A DNA stretch of 64,000 nt, from the NCBI GenBank assembly GCA_965226585.1, contig OZ245366.1, positions 487,423-551,422 on the forward strand, given 5' to 3'. This DNA comes from Thermodesulfobacteriota bacterium (lineage in GTDB: Bacteria; Desulfobacterota_D; UBA1144; Nemesobacterales; Mycalebacteriaceae). A program made the translations under genes and the position numbers. Each line of letters opens with the position of its first letter. Position 1 is the first letter of the stretch. This document shows positions 1 to 8,120 of the stretch, piece after piece. Below the pieces are notes generated by a model. That model saw only the letters and a list, made by a program, of their open reading frames with translations. It ran no database searches and was not told where the DNA came from.

Positions 1-103
1 GAAATGTCAGGCCATGTCGATTCCACCTGTCAAAAATATACTTTAGTGTTTCCCTTGCCCCGTCTCTTACTATTTGAGTGTCAAACCTATTTGGTGTGCT
101 CAT
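1..103 (-). CDS. Partial CDS (N-terminus only; runs off the window start), hypothetical protein. Its start codon overlaps the Fic stop (ATGA).
   Basis: The reverse complement of bp 1-103 reads ATG AGC ACA CCA AAT..., giving MSTPNRFDTQIVRDGARETLKYIFDRWNRHGLTF... with no stop before the window edge. The ATG at 103-101 overlaps the TGA of the upstream Fic gene at 102-100. It is not in the ORF track because it is truncated. Confidence 0.3.
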   Translation of the reverse strand, partial: MSTPNRFDTQIVRDGARETLKYIFDRWNRHGLTF

Positions 104-1536
104 GTGTCACCCTTACATTCCTTGAGAATATCAAGAAACAAATGTTTGCCTTCAGCAAACAACTTTTTAACTTCTTCTTCGGAGTAGGGTTGGCTGTAGT
201 CCTTTTTCAAACCATTCACACTCTTTGCATTCAGTCCCTCTTTTTTAATTCTTAAACCTGTTTTATAACCGAGTTCTTCCAAAAAAAATGCTAACTTGCA
301 GTTGCAGTCAAAAGATCTATTTGCTTGGCCCATATATCCATAATATTGGTAATCTATTACGAATAAATTTCTTGCATGCCGTGAGATATACTCAAAATTC
401 ATAGTGAAGTTTTCTTTGATAGTATTAATTAGATTGTTTAGATTCTCATCCGTCAATTTAGCACCTTGGGAAATTGTTTGTAAGCATTTGTTAGAGTTGT
501 TCTCACTATAATTTTCATCCATTCTTGTTATTTCCAATGAAGTTTGCTCAAACAGGTCGCTATACACACTAAATTCTTTGATGAACATTTTAGAAGTCTC
601 TGCAAAACATTTATCAAATATTTCTGTGCAATTTGTCGGTGTGATTGGCACTTTTAACCCTGTTTCTTTTTGCTGTCGGATGAATTGCTGAGTTTCTTTA
701 TCAATGTCTTCAATCTCGCTTATATCTTCACCTTTTGCCGCCTTAACCCCAATCTCCAGCCAATAAACAAGAATGTTCCCAAGATATGTTGCAAGAGTAT
801 CCATATCTTCGTCATCCGCTTTCTGCAAAGCCGCAAAGTAGTTTCTTTTCTCTTCGCTCTTAATTACCAAAGGCGGGTAACCCAGTTTCAATAAAACATA
901 GTTCACCCACAGACGCACTACACGGCCGTTGCCGTCATCAAACGGGTGTATAACGATAAAGCGGTGGTGTAGTTCCGCGATAAAAGAAGCGATTGGCAGA
1001 GTCGGTTTTTCAATCTCATTGTTAAACCAATCCATAAGTTCATTCATTTTGGGAGAAACTTCCTGAGGTTCCGCAAACTTGAAAATCTCTCCCGTCTCTG
1101 TCCTTACGTGATTAGGTTGTGTCTTATACTGTCCGGGGATTATCTCTTTCTGAGTTTTTTGTCCGTCAGTAGTTTCCGCTTCTTTCCAGAAAGATTCTTT
1201 GAGAATAATTTTGTTCAAGCCCCTGATGTCGGCTTCCGTGAGATTTCTCTGTTTGTCTTCTGCAAACTCTCTGACTTTATCTATTGCCACATCGTGCGCT
1301 TTCATTTCCATATAATCGCGTTCAGGGTGAATTCCTTCCTCTTTTCCCTCAAGTATTAAGGCAACAGTTTCGCCGTAGGTAAGCGTATTCCCTTCAATGT
1401 GATTTGAATTGTAGTTCCACTCCAGACGGACTTTCTTATCAAACCGTTCCTTATCCTCCGGTTTAAGCGGTTGAATCTCCCGCCATTCCTTAAAAAGCGT
1501 TTCTATGCGTTTGTTAGTTTCCTGTAAAGACATCAC
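100..1536 (-). CDS. Fic/DOC family protein (class II Fic, putative AMP-transferase) with a roughly 190-aa C-terminal extension of unknown function
   Basis: It carries the canonical Fic motif HPFDDGNGR. An N-terminal SNHIEGN element matches the (S/T)xxxE(G/N) inhibitory-helix motif of class II Fic proteins. The coding DNA for the C-terminal third (about 100-700) is markedly AT-rich compared with the rest of the gene. Confidence 0.85.
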   Translation of the reverse strand: MMSLQETNKRIETLFKEWREIQPLKPEDKERFDKKVRLEWNYNSNHIEGNTLTYGETVALILEGKEEGIHPERDYMEMKAHDVAIDKVREFAEDKQRNLTEADIRGLNKIILKESFWKEAETTDGQKTQKEIIPGQYKTQPNHVRTETGEIFKFAEPQEVSPKMNELMDWFNNEIEKPTLPIASFIAELHHRFIVIHPFDDGNGRVVRLWVNYVLLKLGYPPLVIKSEEKRNYFAALQKADDEDMDTLATYLGNILVYWLEIGVKAAKGEDISEIEDIDKETQQFIRQQKETGLKVPITPTNCTEIFDKCFAETSKMFIKEFSVYSDLFEQTSLEITRMDENYSENNSNKCLQTISQGAKLTDENLNNLINTIKENFTMNFEYISRHARNLFVIDYQYYGYMGQANRSFDCNCKLAFFLEELGYKTGLRIKKEGLNAKSVNGLKKDYSQPYSEEEVKKLFAEGKHLFLDILKECKGDT

Positions 1537-2156
1537 TTCACTCCGGCTTTTGGTCTGTAATCCCTTTCGTCAATGCATCGGTCATACATATCCCTATCAA
1601 TCTTAATCCAATCCGTATCGTTTATTCCCCTTTTGTTTCTGCTTGCCGGGCCCACCGGAAACGCGCTTGCGATTTTAATCCAACGACTTTCCTTCCGTGC
1701 TATGTATCTAACTTCCTCCGCCACTTCGGACAAATCTTGATCTTGACTGAAGATAACTACAACATCACAGAGATTTTCAATTGCCGCCCTTGTAACATCA
1801 AGAGCGATTCTTATGTCAATTCCCTTCTCTCGCCCCACAAGTATTGGTGTGGAGTCATCCCGACTTGCATTTGAGTACTGGAGTTTTCTGGAGAAGACTT
1901 CTATTTCCGGGACTCTTCCCATAGCCGCCAATTTATTTTTCCAAAAAGCATGCCAATATGGGTCAACTTTTTCATCGGGAGTGCCGGTACAAAAGGTAAT
2001 TCCTGTTAGTTGCCATTTCTTGAGTTCACAGACTTTCTCCGAAAGTTTTTTGACTTCGTAGTTCGGGTATTTGTGTCCGAAAGCTTCCTTTGCTGAATGG
2101 AACAGATTTTGACCGTCAATGAAGAAACGGGCTCTTTTGATTTCGGGTTCAATCAT
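1533..2156 (-). CDS. NYN-domain (LabA/DUF88-like) putative ribonuclease
   Basis: FIDGQNLFH near the N-terminus and a KGIDIRIALD...VVVIFSQDQDL core are typical of NYN/LabA PIN-like nucleases. I placed the start at MIEPEIK (ATG at 2156-2154) because it is preceded by GGAGGTTT. The ORF-track start at 2246 has no RBS. The stop overlaps the Fic start (ATGA at 1533-1536). Confidence 0.7.
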   Translation of the reverse strand: MIEPEIKRARFFIDGQNLFHSAKEAFGHKYPNYEVKKLSEKVCELKKWQLTGITFCTGTPDEKVDPYWHAFWKNKLAAMGRVPEIEVFSRKLQYSNASRDDSTPILVGREKGIDIRIALDVTRAAIENLCDVVVIFSQDQDLSEVAEEVRYIARKESRWIKIASAFPVGPASRNKRGINDTDWIKIDRDMYDRCIDERDYRPKAGVK

Positions 2157-2315
2157 TGTTAAACCTCCAAAAAGCCAAAAAATAACCCCACTCAGAGGCC
2201 CGAAGGCAGGTCTGAGGGGGGGCAAATAGTTCAATATAAGTATCACCTGCCCTGAACATTGTCAAGAACGATGCCAAAGTTGACAAATTCCCCGATACAG
2301 ACATTTCCTTTACAA

Positions 2316-4112
2316 TCACTTTCCAGCCCCCAATTCCTTAAAAATCTTCCCGATTTCCCTGTCGCTTTTCTTTGCCTCTTTCTCAAGCATTGCCAGCTCC
2401 GCCCATATATCCGGTATTGAACGAAGAACCTCTTTCTCCGTTGTGTCTATGTAACGAGACGGCGAAAGGTTGTAGTCATTCTCCGCCGCCTTTTTGACGG
2501 TTATGACAGTTGAAAAACGCTCTTCCTCTTTCCATTTGGAAAAGACGTTCTCAATCCGCTTTGAACCCTCATCCGTCAAATGGTTCTTCGGGCTGACCTT
2601 TTTGAACTCGTTGCTCGCGTTGATAAGAACGATTTTCCGCTTTCTCGCGGCACTTTTGTTTTTATTCATAATGATTATGACACCCGCCGCCGCCGCATTG
2701 TAGAAAAGGTTGTCGGGAAGAAGGATTACGCCCTCAATCAAATCTTTATCAACAAACCATTTGCGTATTTTCTTTTCCTTGTCCTCTCCCGATGCCCCGC
2801 TTCCGCGTGTTACGGCTCCGGTGTCTATCACTACCGCCGCTCTCCCCCTGCTACTCATAGATTTTGCCGTGTGCTGAAGCCATGCCCAGTCCGCCTTTCC
2901 CGTTGTTGAACCGCCCTGCGACTCAAATCTGTCAAATTGGTCGTCTTCGTAAGTCCGGACATTAAACATCTGATTCCACATCGGATTGGCGACAACAATG
3001 TCAAAAGTCTGAAGCCCCCCCGTTTTATTGCGAAACTTCGGGTTCGTCATTGAGTTGCCCCGCACAATCTCACAGTCCATGTCGTGTATGATGGCATTCA
3101 TTCGCGCCATCGCGTAGTTGTCCGGTCCAAGTTCCTGCCCGGACAGTTTTAAGGGGATTCCCTTTTTCACATCGGGATAACGCTCGCGAAACGCAAGTTC
3201 GCACTTGATAAGCAGACCCGCAGACCCGCAAGCATAGTCATAAACGGTTTCGCCCTGAGTCGGCTTCATAATCCGCGCCATAAGCCACCCGACTTCCGTG
3301 GGCGTGAAAAACTCGCCCGCAGTCTTTCCCGAACCTTCCGCAAACTTTCTCAAAAGATATTCGTAACAACGTCCAATAAAATCCGGCTCCACATCGTGAA
3401 GACCAAGCCGGTATCTTGGCTTTGAAAACTTTTCTATTACTTCCTTGAGCGACTCGTCGCTTACCTCCCTCTCTCCGCCGGTTGTTTTGTTGTAGTCAAC
3501 AAGATCTATGACACCGTTTAACAACGGATTTCTTCTGGCGACCGCGCGCATCGTTGTAGTTATCTGCTCTCCCAGAGTTTTCGGCTTCTTTCCTTTCCGC
3601 CAGTTGAAACTTTTTCTGCCGCTCAGAACTTCCCATCTGGTTTCCGGCGGCAGATAAAAGTGGATGTAACCCTCTCCCCCGCTGACCATCTCCTCCGCCT
3701 CTTCCATACTCCCGAGTTTTTCCGCAATGCGGTTCATTTCGTCTTCAAACACATCCGAGAGGCGTTTGAGGAAAACGAGCGGAAGGAGAAAGTTTTTGAA
3801 CTGCGGCGCGTCTTTTTCACCCCTGATTGAACAGGCGGCGTCCCACAGCATCGTTTCCATCATCTTTCTGCTCAAAACATCTTGCCCGGTTTTGAGCCTG
3901 CGAACAGGCGATTCCGGGTCAGACTGTTCCGCTTTCTCCGCCATTGTCATTATTCTCTTGTGATACTTTTTGTGCGGAGACCGGCGTCCGTTTTCCCAGC
4001 CGTTCAGAGTGGAAAACGAAACGCCCAGCTTCGCGGCAAGGTTCTCCTGAGACAGATTCATCTTTTCTCTGATGCCCGCTATAATCTCTGATATGTTTTC
4101 TTTTTCCGCCAT
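2316..4112 (-). CDS. hsdM: N6-adenine DNA methyltransferase of the type I R-M HsdM family with an N-terminal XRE-type helix-turn-helix
   Basis: An HsdM_N-like region (MLWDAACSIRG...FLLPLVFLKRLSD) is followed by a SAM-binding motif (YDYACGSAGLL), the catalytic VANPMW (NPPY-type) motif and an HsdM C-terminal signature (YNLSPSRYID). The first 50 aa or so (LSQENLAAKLGVSFSTLNGWENGRR) look like an HTH_XRE. Confidence 0.8.
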   Translation of the reverse strand: MAEKENISEIIAGIREKMNLSQENLAAKLGVSFSTLNGWENGRRSPHKKYHKRIMTMAEKAEQSDPESPVRRLKTGQDVLSRKMMETMLWDAACSIRGEKDAPQFKNFLLPLVFLKRLSDVFEDEMNRIAEKLGSMEEAEEMVSGGEGYIHFYLPPETRWEVLSGRKSFNWRKGKKPKTLGEQITTTMRAVARRNPLLNGVIDLVDYNKTTGGEREVSDESLKEVIEKFSKPRYRLGLHDVEPDFIGRCYEYLLRKFAEGSGKTAGEFFTPTEVGWLMARIMKPTQGETVYDYACGSAGLLIKCELAFRERYPDVKKGIPLKLSGQELGPDNYAMARMNAIIHDMDCEIVRGNSMTNPKFRNKTGGLQTFDIVVANPMWNQMFNVRTYEDDQFDRFESQGGSTTGKADWAWLQHTAKSMSSRGRAAVVIDTGAVTRGSGASGEDKEKKIRKWFVDKDLIEGVILLPDNLFYNAAAAGVIIIMNKNKSAARKRKIVLINASNEFKKVSPKNHLTDEGSKRIENVFSKWKEEERFSTVITVKKAAENDYNLSPSRYIDTTEKEVLRSIPDIWAELAMLEKEAKKSDREIGKIFKELGAGK

Positions 4113-4149
4113 TTTAATTTGCCCGCATACAAAATAAACGCTATAGCGT

Positions 4150-5637
4150 TTATGTCAAGTTAGACCTGTCTTCAGTTAAGTTTTTTACGAGAGATTCTCT
4201 GAAATCGTTGCTGTTCAGAACCTTTCCCCATTCAAAGCAGAACAGGCTTGTGGGCAAAAACATGACTAATCTGTTTCTTACGGATTTGTGCCCAAACTTG
4301 CTTTTTGTCAGGCACGTTATGCCCCCGTTTTCGTTTCCAATATCGTGCTTTTGTGCAAAATCAAGAAGCCCCTCAATTTCCGACAAGTTGTCATAGGGTT
4401 TATCCGACCATTTGATTTCAATCGCGGATTCAACTTTTGTTCCGGTTTCATCCGGCAATACCAAATCCACCTCCTTACTGTTCCAGCGCGCGTAGTAGAG
4501 AGCTTCCGGCTTTTTTATCAAGTGAAACAGATGGCTGAACACCGCCGTCTCCACGAGTCTCCCAAGAACCGTGCCATCGCTGTCCTGCTCTCCCACAGTT
4601 CCGAAAAGCGCCGCATACATTGAGGGGTTTGTCAGATAGATCTTGAAAGTGTGGTCTCTTTGAAATCTTTTTATGTTCCTGTCCACCCTGCGGACGCGCC
4701 TAATAAGGAAAGCCGCCTCAAGGTATTCCAGATACTTTGAGATTGTGCTTTTGGTAACACTTGAGCCTTGCGAGAGTTTGGACAGATTAATTTCAAGCCC
4801 CGTATTATGGGCAACAGTCATGAAAAGGCGGTTGAGTTCGGGGATGTCCGTTATCCCGTATAAACTCGGCAAGTCTCTGAGGAGCACCTTGTCTATGATG
4901 TCGCTTCTGATAAAACGCCCCGGATCTTTTTTAATTTCCTCGGAAAACACGGCTTCGGGGTATCCTCCAAAATTCAGGTATTCGATGAAGTGTTTGTTGA
5001 TTTCACCGATATTTTCCACTGCTTTGCCGGCATTCATAAACACTCCGCCGCTTTGGTCAAATATCTTTGACTCTTCATCCGCAAACTTCATGTACTCCTG
5101 AAAAGTCATAGGCGGAAGAATAAAGTCCGTGAACCTTCCCGCGCCGGACTCGGTGCTTTTCAGTTTTAGTGCCGCCGCTGAAGATCCGGTAGCGATAAAG
5201 CGGTGCTGAGGGTAGGAATCAACAAGTGATTTCAGATGTATTTCCCAGTTTTTGAGATATTGAATCTCATCAAAAAAGATATAGGCGGAACTGTCCTGCG
5301 GGACTTTCTGCAGTTCAAGAAATGTCAGAAGAACTTTTTCAAGGTGCAGCCCGGCGTAAACGGGGTTGTCCAGAGGGATGTAGAGAATGTTTGCCGGACT
5401 GGTGTTTTCCTCTATCAGTTTGGCAATTGACTGATGCGCCATTACAGTTTTGCCGACCCTGCGCGGTCCCATGAGGACAATGGCGCGATTTATTCCGGTT
5501 TTGCACACCAACTCATAGAACGGGTCGAAGTAGACCCTTTTGGGTTCATCCTTCCACCTCACATTCTCAGGCTGTGTCCACCACGGATTGTCAGCTTCAA
5601 GACGTTGGCGGATTTCTTTTTCCGATATCTCAAGCAT
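4150..5637 (-). CDS. AAA+ ATPase of the DUF4143 family (ATP-binding protein)
   Basis: It has a Walker A (GPRRVGKT) and Walker B (IFFDEIQ). The N-terminus (PWW...YFDPFYELV) and the C-terminal region resemble AAA_14 plus DUF4143 proteins. Confidence 0.7.
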   Translation of the reverse strand: MLEISEKEIRQRLEADNPWWTQPENVRWKDEPKRVYFDPFYELVCKTGINRAIVLMGPRRVGKTVMAHQSIAKLIEENTSPANILYIPLDNPVYAGLHLEKVLLTFLELQKVPQDSSAYIFFDEIQYLKNWEIHLKSLVDSYPQHRFIATGSSAAALKLKSTESGAGRFTDFILPPMTFQEYMKFADEESKIFDQSGGVFMNAGKAVENIGEINKHFIEYLNFGGYPEAVFSEEIKKDPGRFIRSDIIDKVLLRDLPSLYGITDIPELNRLFMTVAHNTGLEINLSKLSQGSSVTKSTISKYLEYLEAAFLIRRVRRVDRNIKRFQRDHTFKIYLTNPSMYAALFGTVGEQDSDGTVLGRLVETAVFSHLFHLIKKPEALYYARWNSKEVDLVLPDETGTKVESAIEIKWSDKPYDNLSEIEGLLDFAQKHDIGNENGGITCLTKSKFGHKSVRNRLVMFLPTSLFCFEWGKVLNSNDFRESLVKNLTEDRSNLT

Positions 5638-5672
5638 CGCAACGGGAGTATAGTGAAAATGCCTAAAATGTC

Positions 5673-5856
5673 AAATAAGAACAATCAATTAGTCTTATTT
5701 GCCTTTTTGCTGTTTCGGTCAATAAAATCAGTATGATGAACAATGCAAATAGTGTAATGCAAAATAAGAACAGTTGATTAGTCTTAATGCATAGATACGC
5801 AATAAAGGTTGTGATACCAGTAAGTTATGTAATGCAAATAGTGTAATGCAATGCAA
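5673..5856. repeat. AT-rich intergenic repeat cluster: two copies of a 25-bp unit and two copies of a 21-bp unit, with TAATGCAA reiterated at least five times
   Basis: aaataagaacaatcaattagtctta at 5673-5697 matches aaataagaacagttgattagtctta at 5762-5786 at 22 of 25 positions. aatgcaaatagtgtaatgcaa at 5742-5762 is identical to 5831-5851. More taatgcaa copies occur at 5848 and 5879. Confidence 0.6.
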
Positions 5857-5985
5857 GACGCATAGGTTAACAGTCCGGTAATGCAATCCGCACAAAACCG
5901 GCGCGATGCCGTCTATTTCCGTTTGTTACTTTTTGACCTCAACCTCCGTTTAATTTACACTTTCCGCCGTTTCAGGGGCGGAACT

Positions 5986-7896
5986 ATGAACGGAGAAAAA
6001 ATCTGCAACGTTATTGTGATAGGCGGCGGGCACGCGGGCTGTGAAGCCGCGCTTGCGGCGGCGCGCATGGGGCGCAAAACACTTCTGCTTACGGCAAATA
6101 TAGACACAATCGGCGTTATGTCATGCAACCCGTCCATCGGCGGGGTTGGCAAAGGGCATATCGTGAGAGAGATAGACGCCCTCGGCGGCGAGATGGCTAA
6201 AGCCGCAGACGCAAGCGCGATTCAATACAGAACACTCAACACACGCAAAGGCGCGGCGGTGCGCGCCACCCGCTCTCAGGCGGACAGACAGGTGTACAGA
6301 GCGCATATGCGCCGGGTTCTTGAAGAGTGCGAAAATCTTGACATAAAACAGAGAATGGTGGACGGATTTCTTGTTTCCGGGGATGAGGTGAAGGGCGTGA
6401 AAACAAGCCTCGGAGAAACCTTTTTCTCTGACTCCGTTGTCGTTACGCCGGGAACTTTTCCGAACGGGCTTATACACGTTGGAGACGAACGCTACTCTTC
6501 GGGACGCGCCGGGGAAAAAGCGGCGATGGAGATAACCGGCTCATTCAAAGACCTGGGGCTTGAAGTGGGCAGACTCAAAACCGGAACGCCGCCCCGCTTT
6601 GACGGCAGAACAATACGCTGGGACGCCCTTACAGAGCAGAAAGGCGATGAAAATCCAAGACCGTTTTCTTTCTCAAACACCCGGACAGGCATCAGCCAGA
6701 TGTCGTGCTACATCACGCACACAAACGGGAAAACGCACGAAGTTATCAGAAAAAACCTTTCCCGCTCGCCCCTCTATTCTGGCGTGATAAGCGGCGTGGG
6801 TCCGCGCTACTGCCCGTCCGTTGAAGATAAAATTGTGAAGTTTCCCGACAAAGACCGCCACCAGATATTTCTTGAGCCGGAGGGCAGAAACACCTACGAA
6901 GTCTATCCAAACGGCATATCAACCAGCCTTCCGCTTGACGTGCAGACGGAGATGTCCAGAACGATAGAAGGGCTTGAACAGGTTGAAATAATGCGCCCCG
7001 GATACGCGGTGGAATACGATTTTATAAACCCGACACAACTGAACTCGGCGCTTGAATGCAAACGCGCGCGAGGGCTTTTCTTTGCCGGGCAGGTGAACGG
7101 AACAACCGGATACGAGGAAGCCGCCGGGCAGGGGATTGTGGCGGGAATAAACGCCGCTCTGCACTCGCGCGGCGACAGCCCCTTTGTGCTTGACCGCTCA
7201 GACGCCTACATCGGAATCATGATAGACGACCTTGTTACAAAGGGCGTTGACGAGCCATACAGGATGTTCACTTCAAGGGCGGAATACCGCCTTGTTCTGC
7301 GCGAAGACAACGCAGACATCAGACTTATGGAAAAAGGACACCGCGCGGGGCTCATAAGCGATGAACGCTACGAGCGGCTTGTCATCAAAAAACACGCGCT
7401 CAAGAGTGAAGTGGAAAGACTTGAACAGACCCGCTGTGTTCCCGGAAGCCCGGCGGATTTGCAACTGAAACAGATGGGCTCATCGGCGCTGAAAAAACCG
7501 CAGTCGCTCGCAGAGATTCTCAGAAGACCCGCAATCACTTACTCTGAACTCGCCCTTTTTGACACCGTGTCCGCCGAACTCGCCGGTTCAGACACCGCCG
7601 CGCAGGCGGAGATGCAGGTTAAATACGCGGGCTATGTGAAGATGCAGACGGAACAACTCGGCAGGTTCAAACGGTTTGAACGCATGTCCATACCGGAAAC
7701 CTTTGACTACGCCAAAGTGTCCGGGCTTTCCAAAGAGATAGTTCAGAAACTTTCAAGCGCGAGGCCGCGCTCTCTCGGGCAGGCGGGGCGAATATCAGGC
7801 GTTACGCCCGCCGCCGTTTCGGTTCTTATGCTGCACCTGAGGAAAAATCCCGCAAGGGAAGGTCAGTCAACCATCTCGACATCTTCTTCCTCGTAG
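5986..7896 (+). CDS. mnmG: tRNA uridine-5-carboxymethylaminomethyl modification enzyme MnmG (GidA)
   Basis: The FAD-binding N-terminus NVIVIGGGHAGCEAALAAARMG and the MnmG-specific motifs are present. I placed the start at M36 of the track ORF (ATG at 5986). The upstream 35 codons are not conserved. Confidence 0.93.
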   Translation: MNGEKICNVIVIGGGHAGCEAALAAARMGRKTLLLTANIDTIGVMSCNPSIGGVGKGHIVREIDALGGEMAKAADASAIQYRTLNTRKGAAVRATRSQADRQVYRAHMRRVLEECENLDIKQRMVDGFLVSGDEVKGVKTSLGETFFSDSVVVTPGTFPNGLIHVGDERYSSGRAGEKAAMEITGSFKDLGLEVGRLKTGTPPRFDGRTIRWDALTEQKGDENPRPFSFSNTRTGISQMSCYITHTNGKTHEVIRKNLSRSPLYSGVISGVGPRYCPSVEDKIVKFPDKDRHQIFLEPEGRNTYEVYPNGISTSLPLDVQTEMSRTIEGLEQVEIMRPGYAVEYDFINPTQLNSALECKRARGLFFAGQVNGTTGYEEAAGQGIVAGINAALHSRGDSPFVLDRSDAYIGIMIDDLVTKGVDEPYRMFTSRAEYRLVLREDNADIRLMEKGHRAGLISDERYERLVIKKHALKSEVERLEQTRCVPGSPADLQLKQMGSSALKKPQSLAEILRRPAITYSELALFDTVSAELAGSDTAAQAEMQVKYAGYVKMQTEQLGRFKRFERMSIPETFDYAKVSGLSKEIVQKLSSARPRSLGQAGRISGVTPAAVSVLMLHLRKNPAREGQSTISTSSSS

Positions 7897-7991
7897 AATT
7901 CTCCCAGTTCGTTCAATTCCACGTCGCCGACATCCATTTCTTCAGGGTCGTCGTTTCCCGCGTAAACCTGCTCATCAGGGTCCTCAATCAT
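7863..7991 (-). CDS. Possible very acidic 42-aa micro-ORF overlapping the 3' end of mnmG on the opposite strand (speculative)
   Basis: The minus-strand ORF ATG...TGA encodes MIEDPDEQVYAGNDDPEEMDVGDVELNELGEFYEEEDVEMVD. It is below the ORF-track size cutoff. No RBS was evaluated. Confidence 0.12.
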   Translation of the reverse strand: MIEDPDEQVYAGNDDPEEMDVGDVELNELGEFYEEEDVEMVD

Positions 7992-8120
7992 ATTGACGAG
8001 GTCTCTGATTCTTTCGTCTCTTGAAGTAGCCACCTCAACACCCCCTGTGTTGTGATTTAACGGACAGAGCCCGTTTCCGCCCCCATAATATTGACGGACG
8101 GGGAAAAATCAACCCTTTTT

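Noticed and set aside
4-255. An 83-aa plus-strand ORF at the window start
   Set aside because: It is antisense to the Fic C-terminal coding region and the coupled downstream gene, and lies in AT-rich DNA. It has no RBS or motif and is most likely spurious.
8035-8120. A possible terminator hairpin (GGGG…CCC followed by TTTTTTT at 8094-8120) between mnmG and the DUF255 gene
   Set aside because: The stem is only 3-4 bp with a large loop. That is too weak to call.
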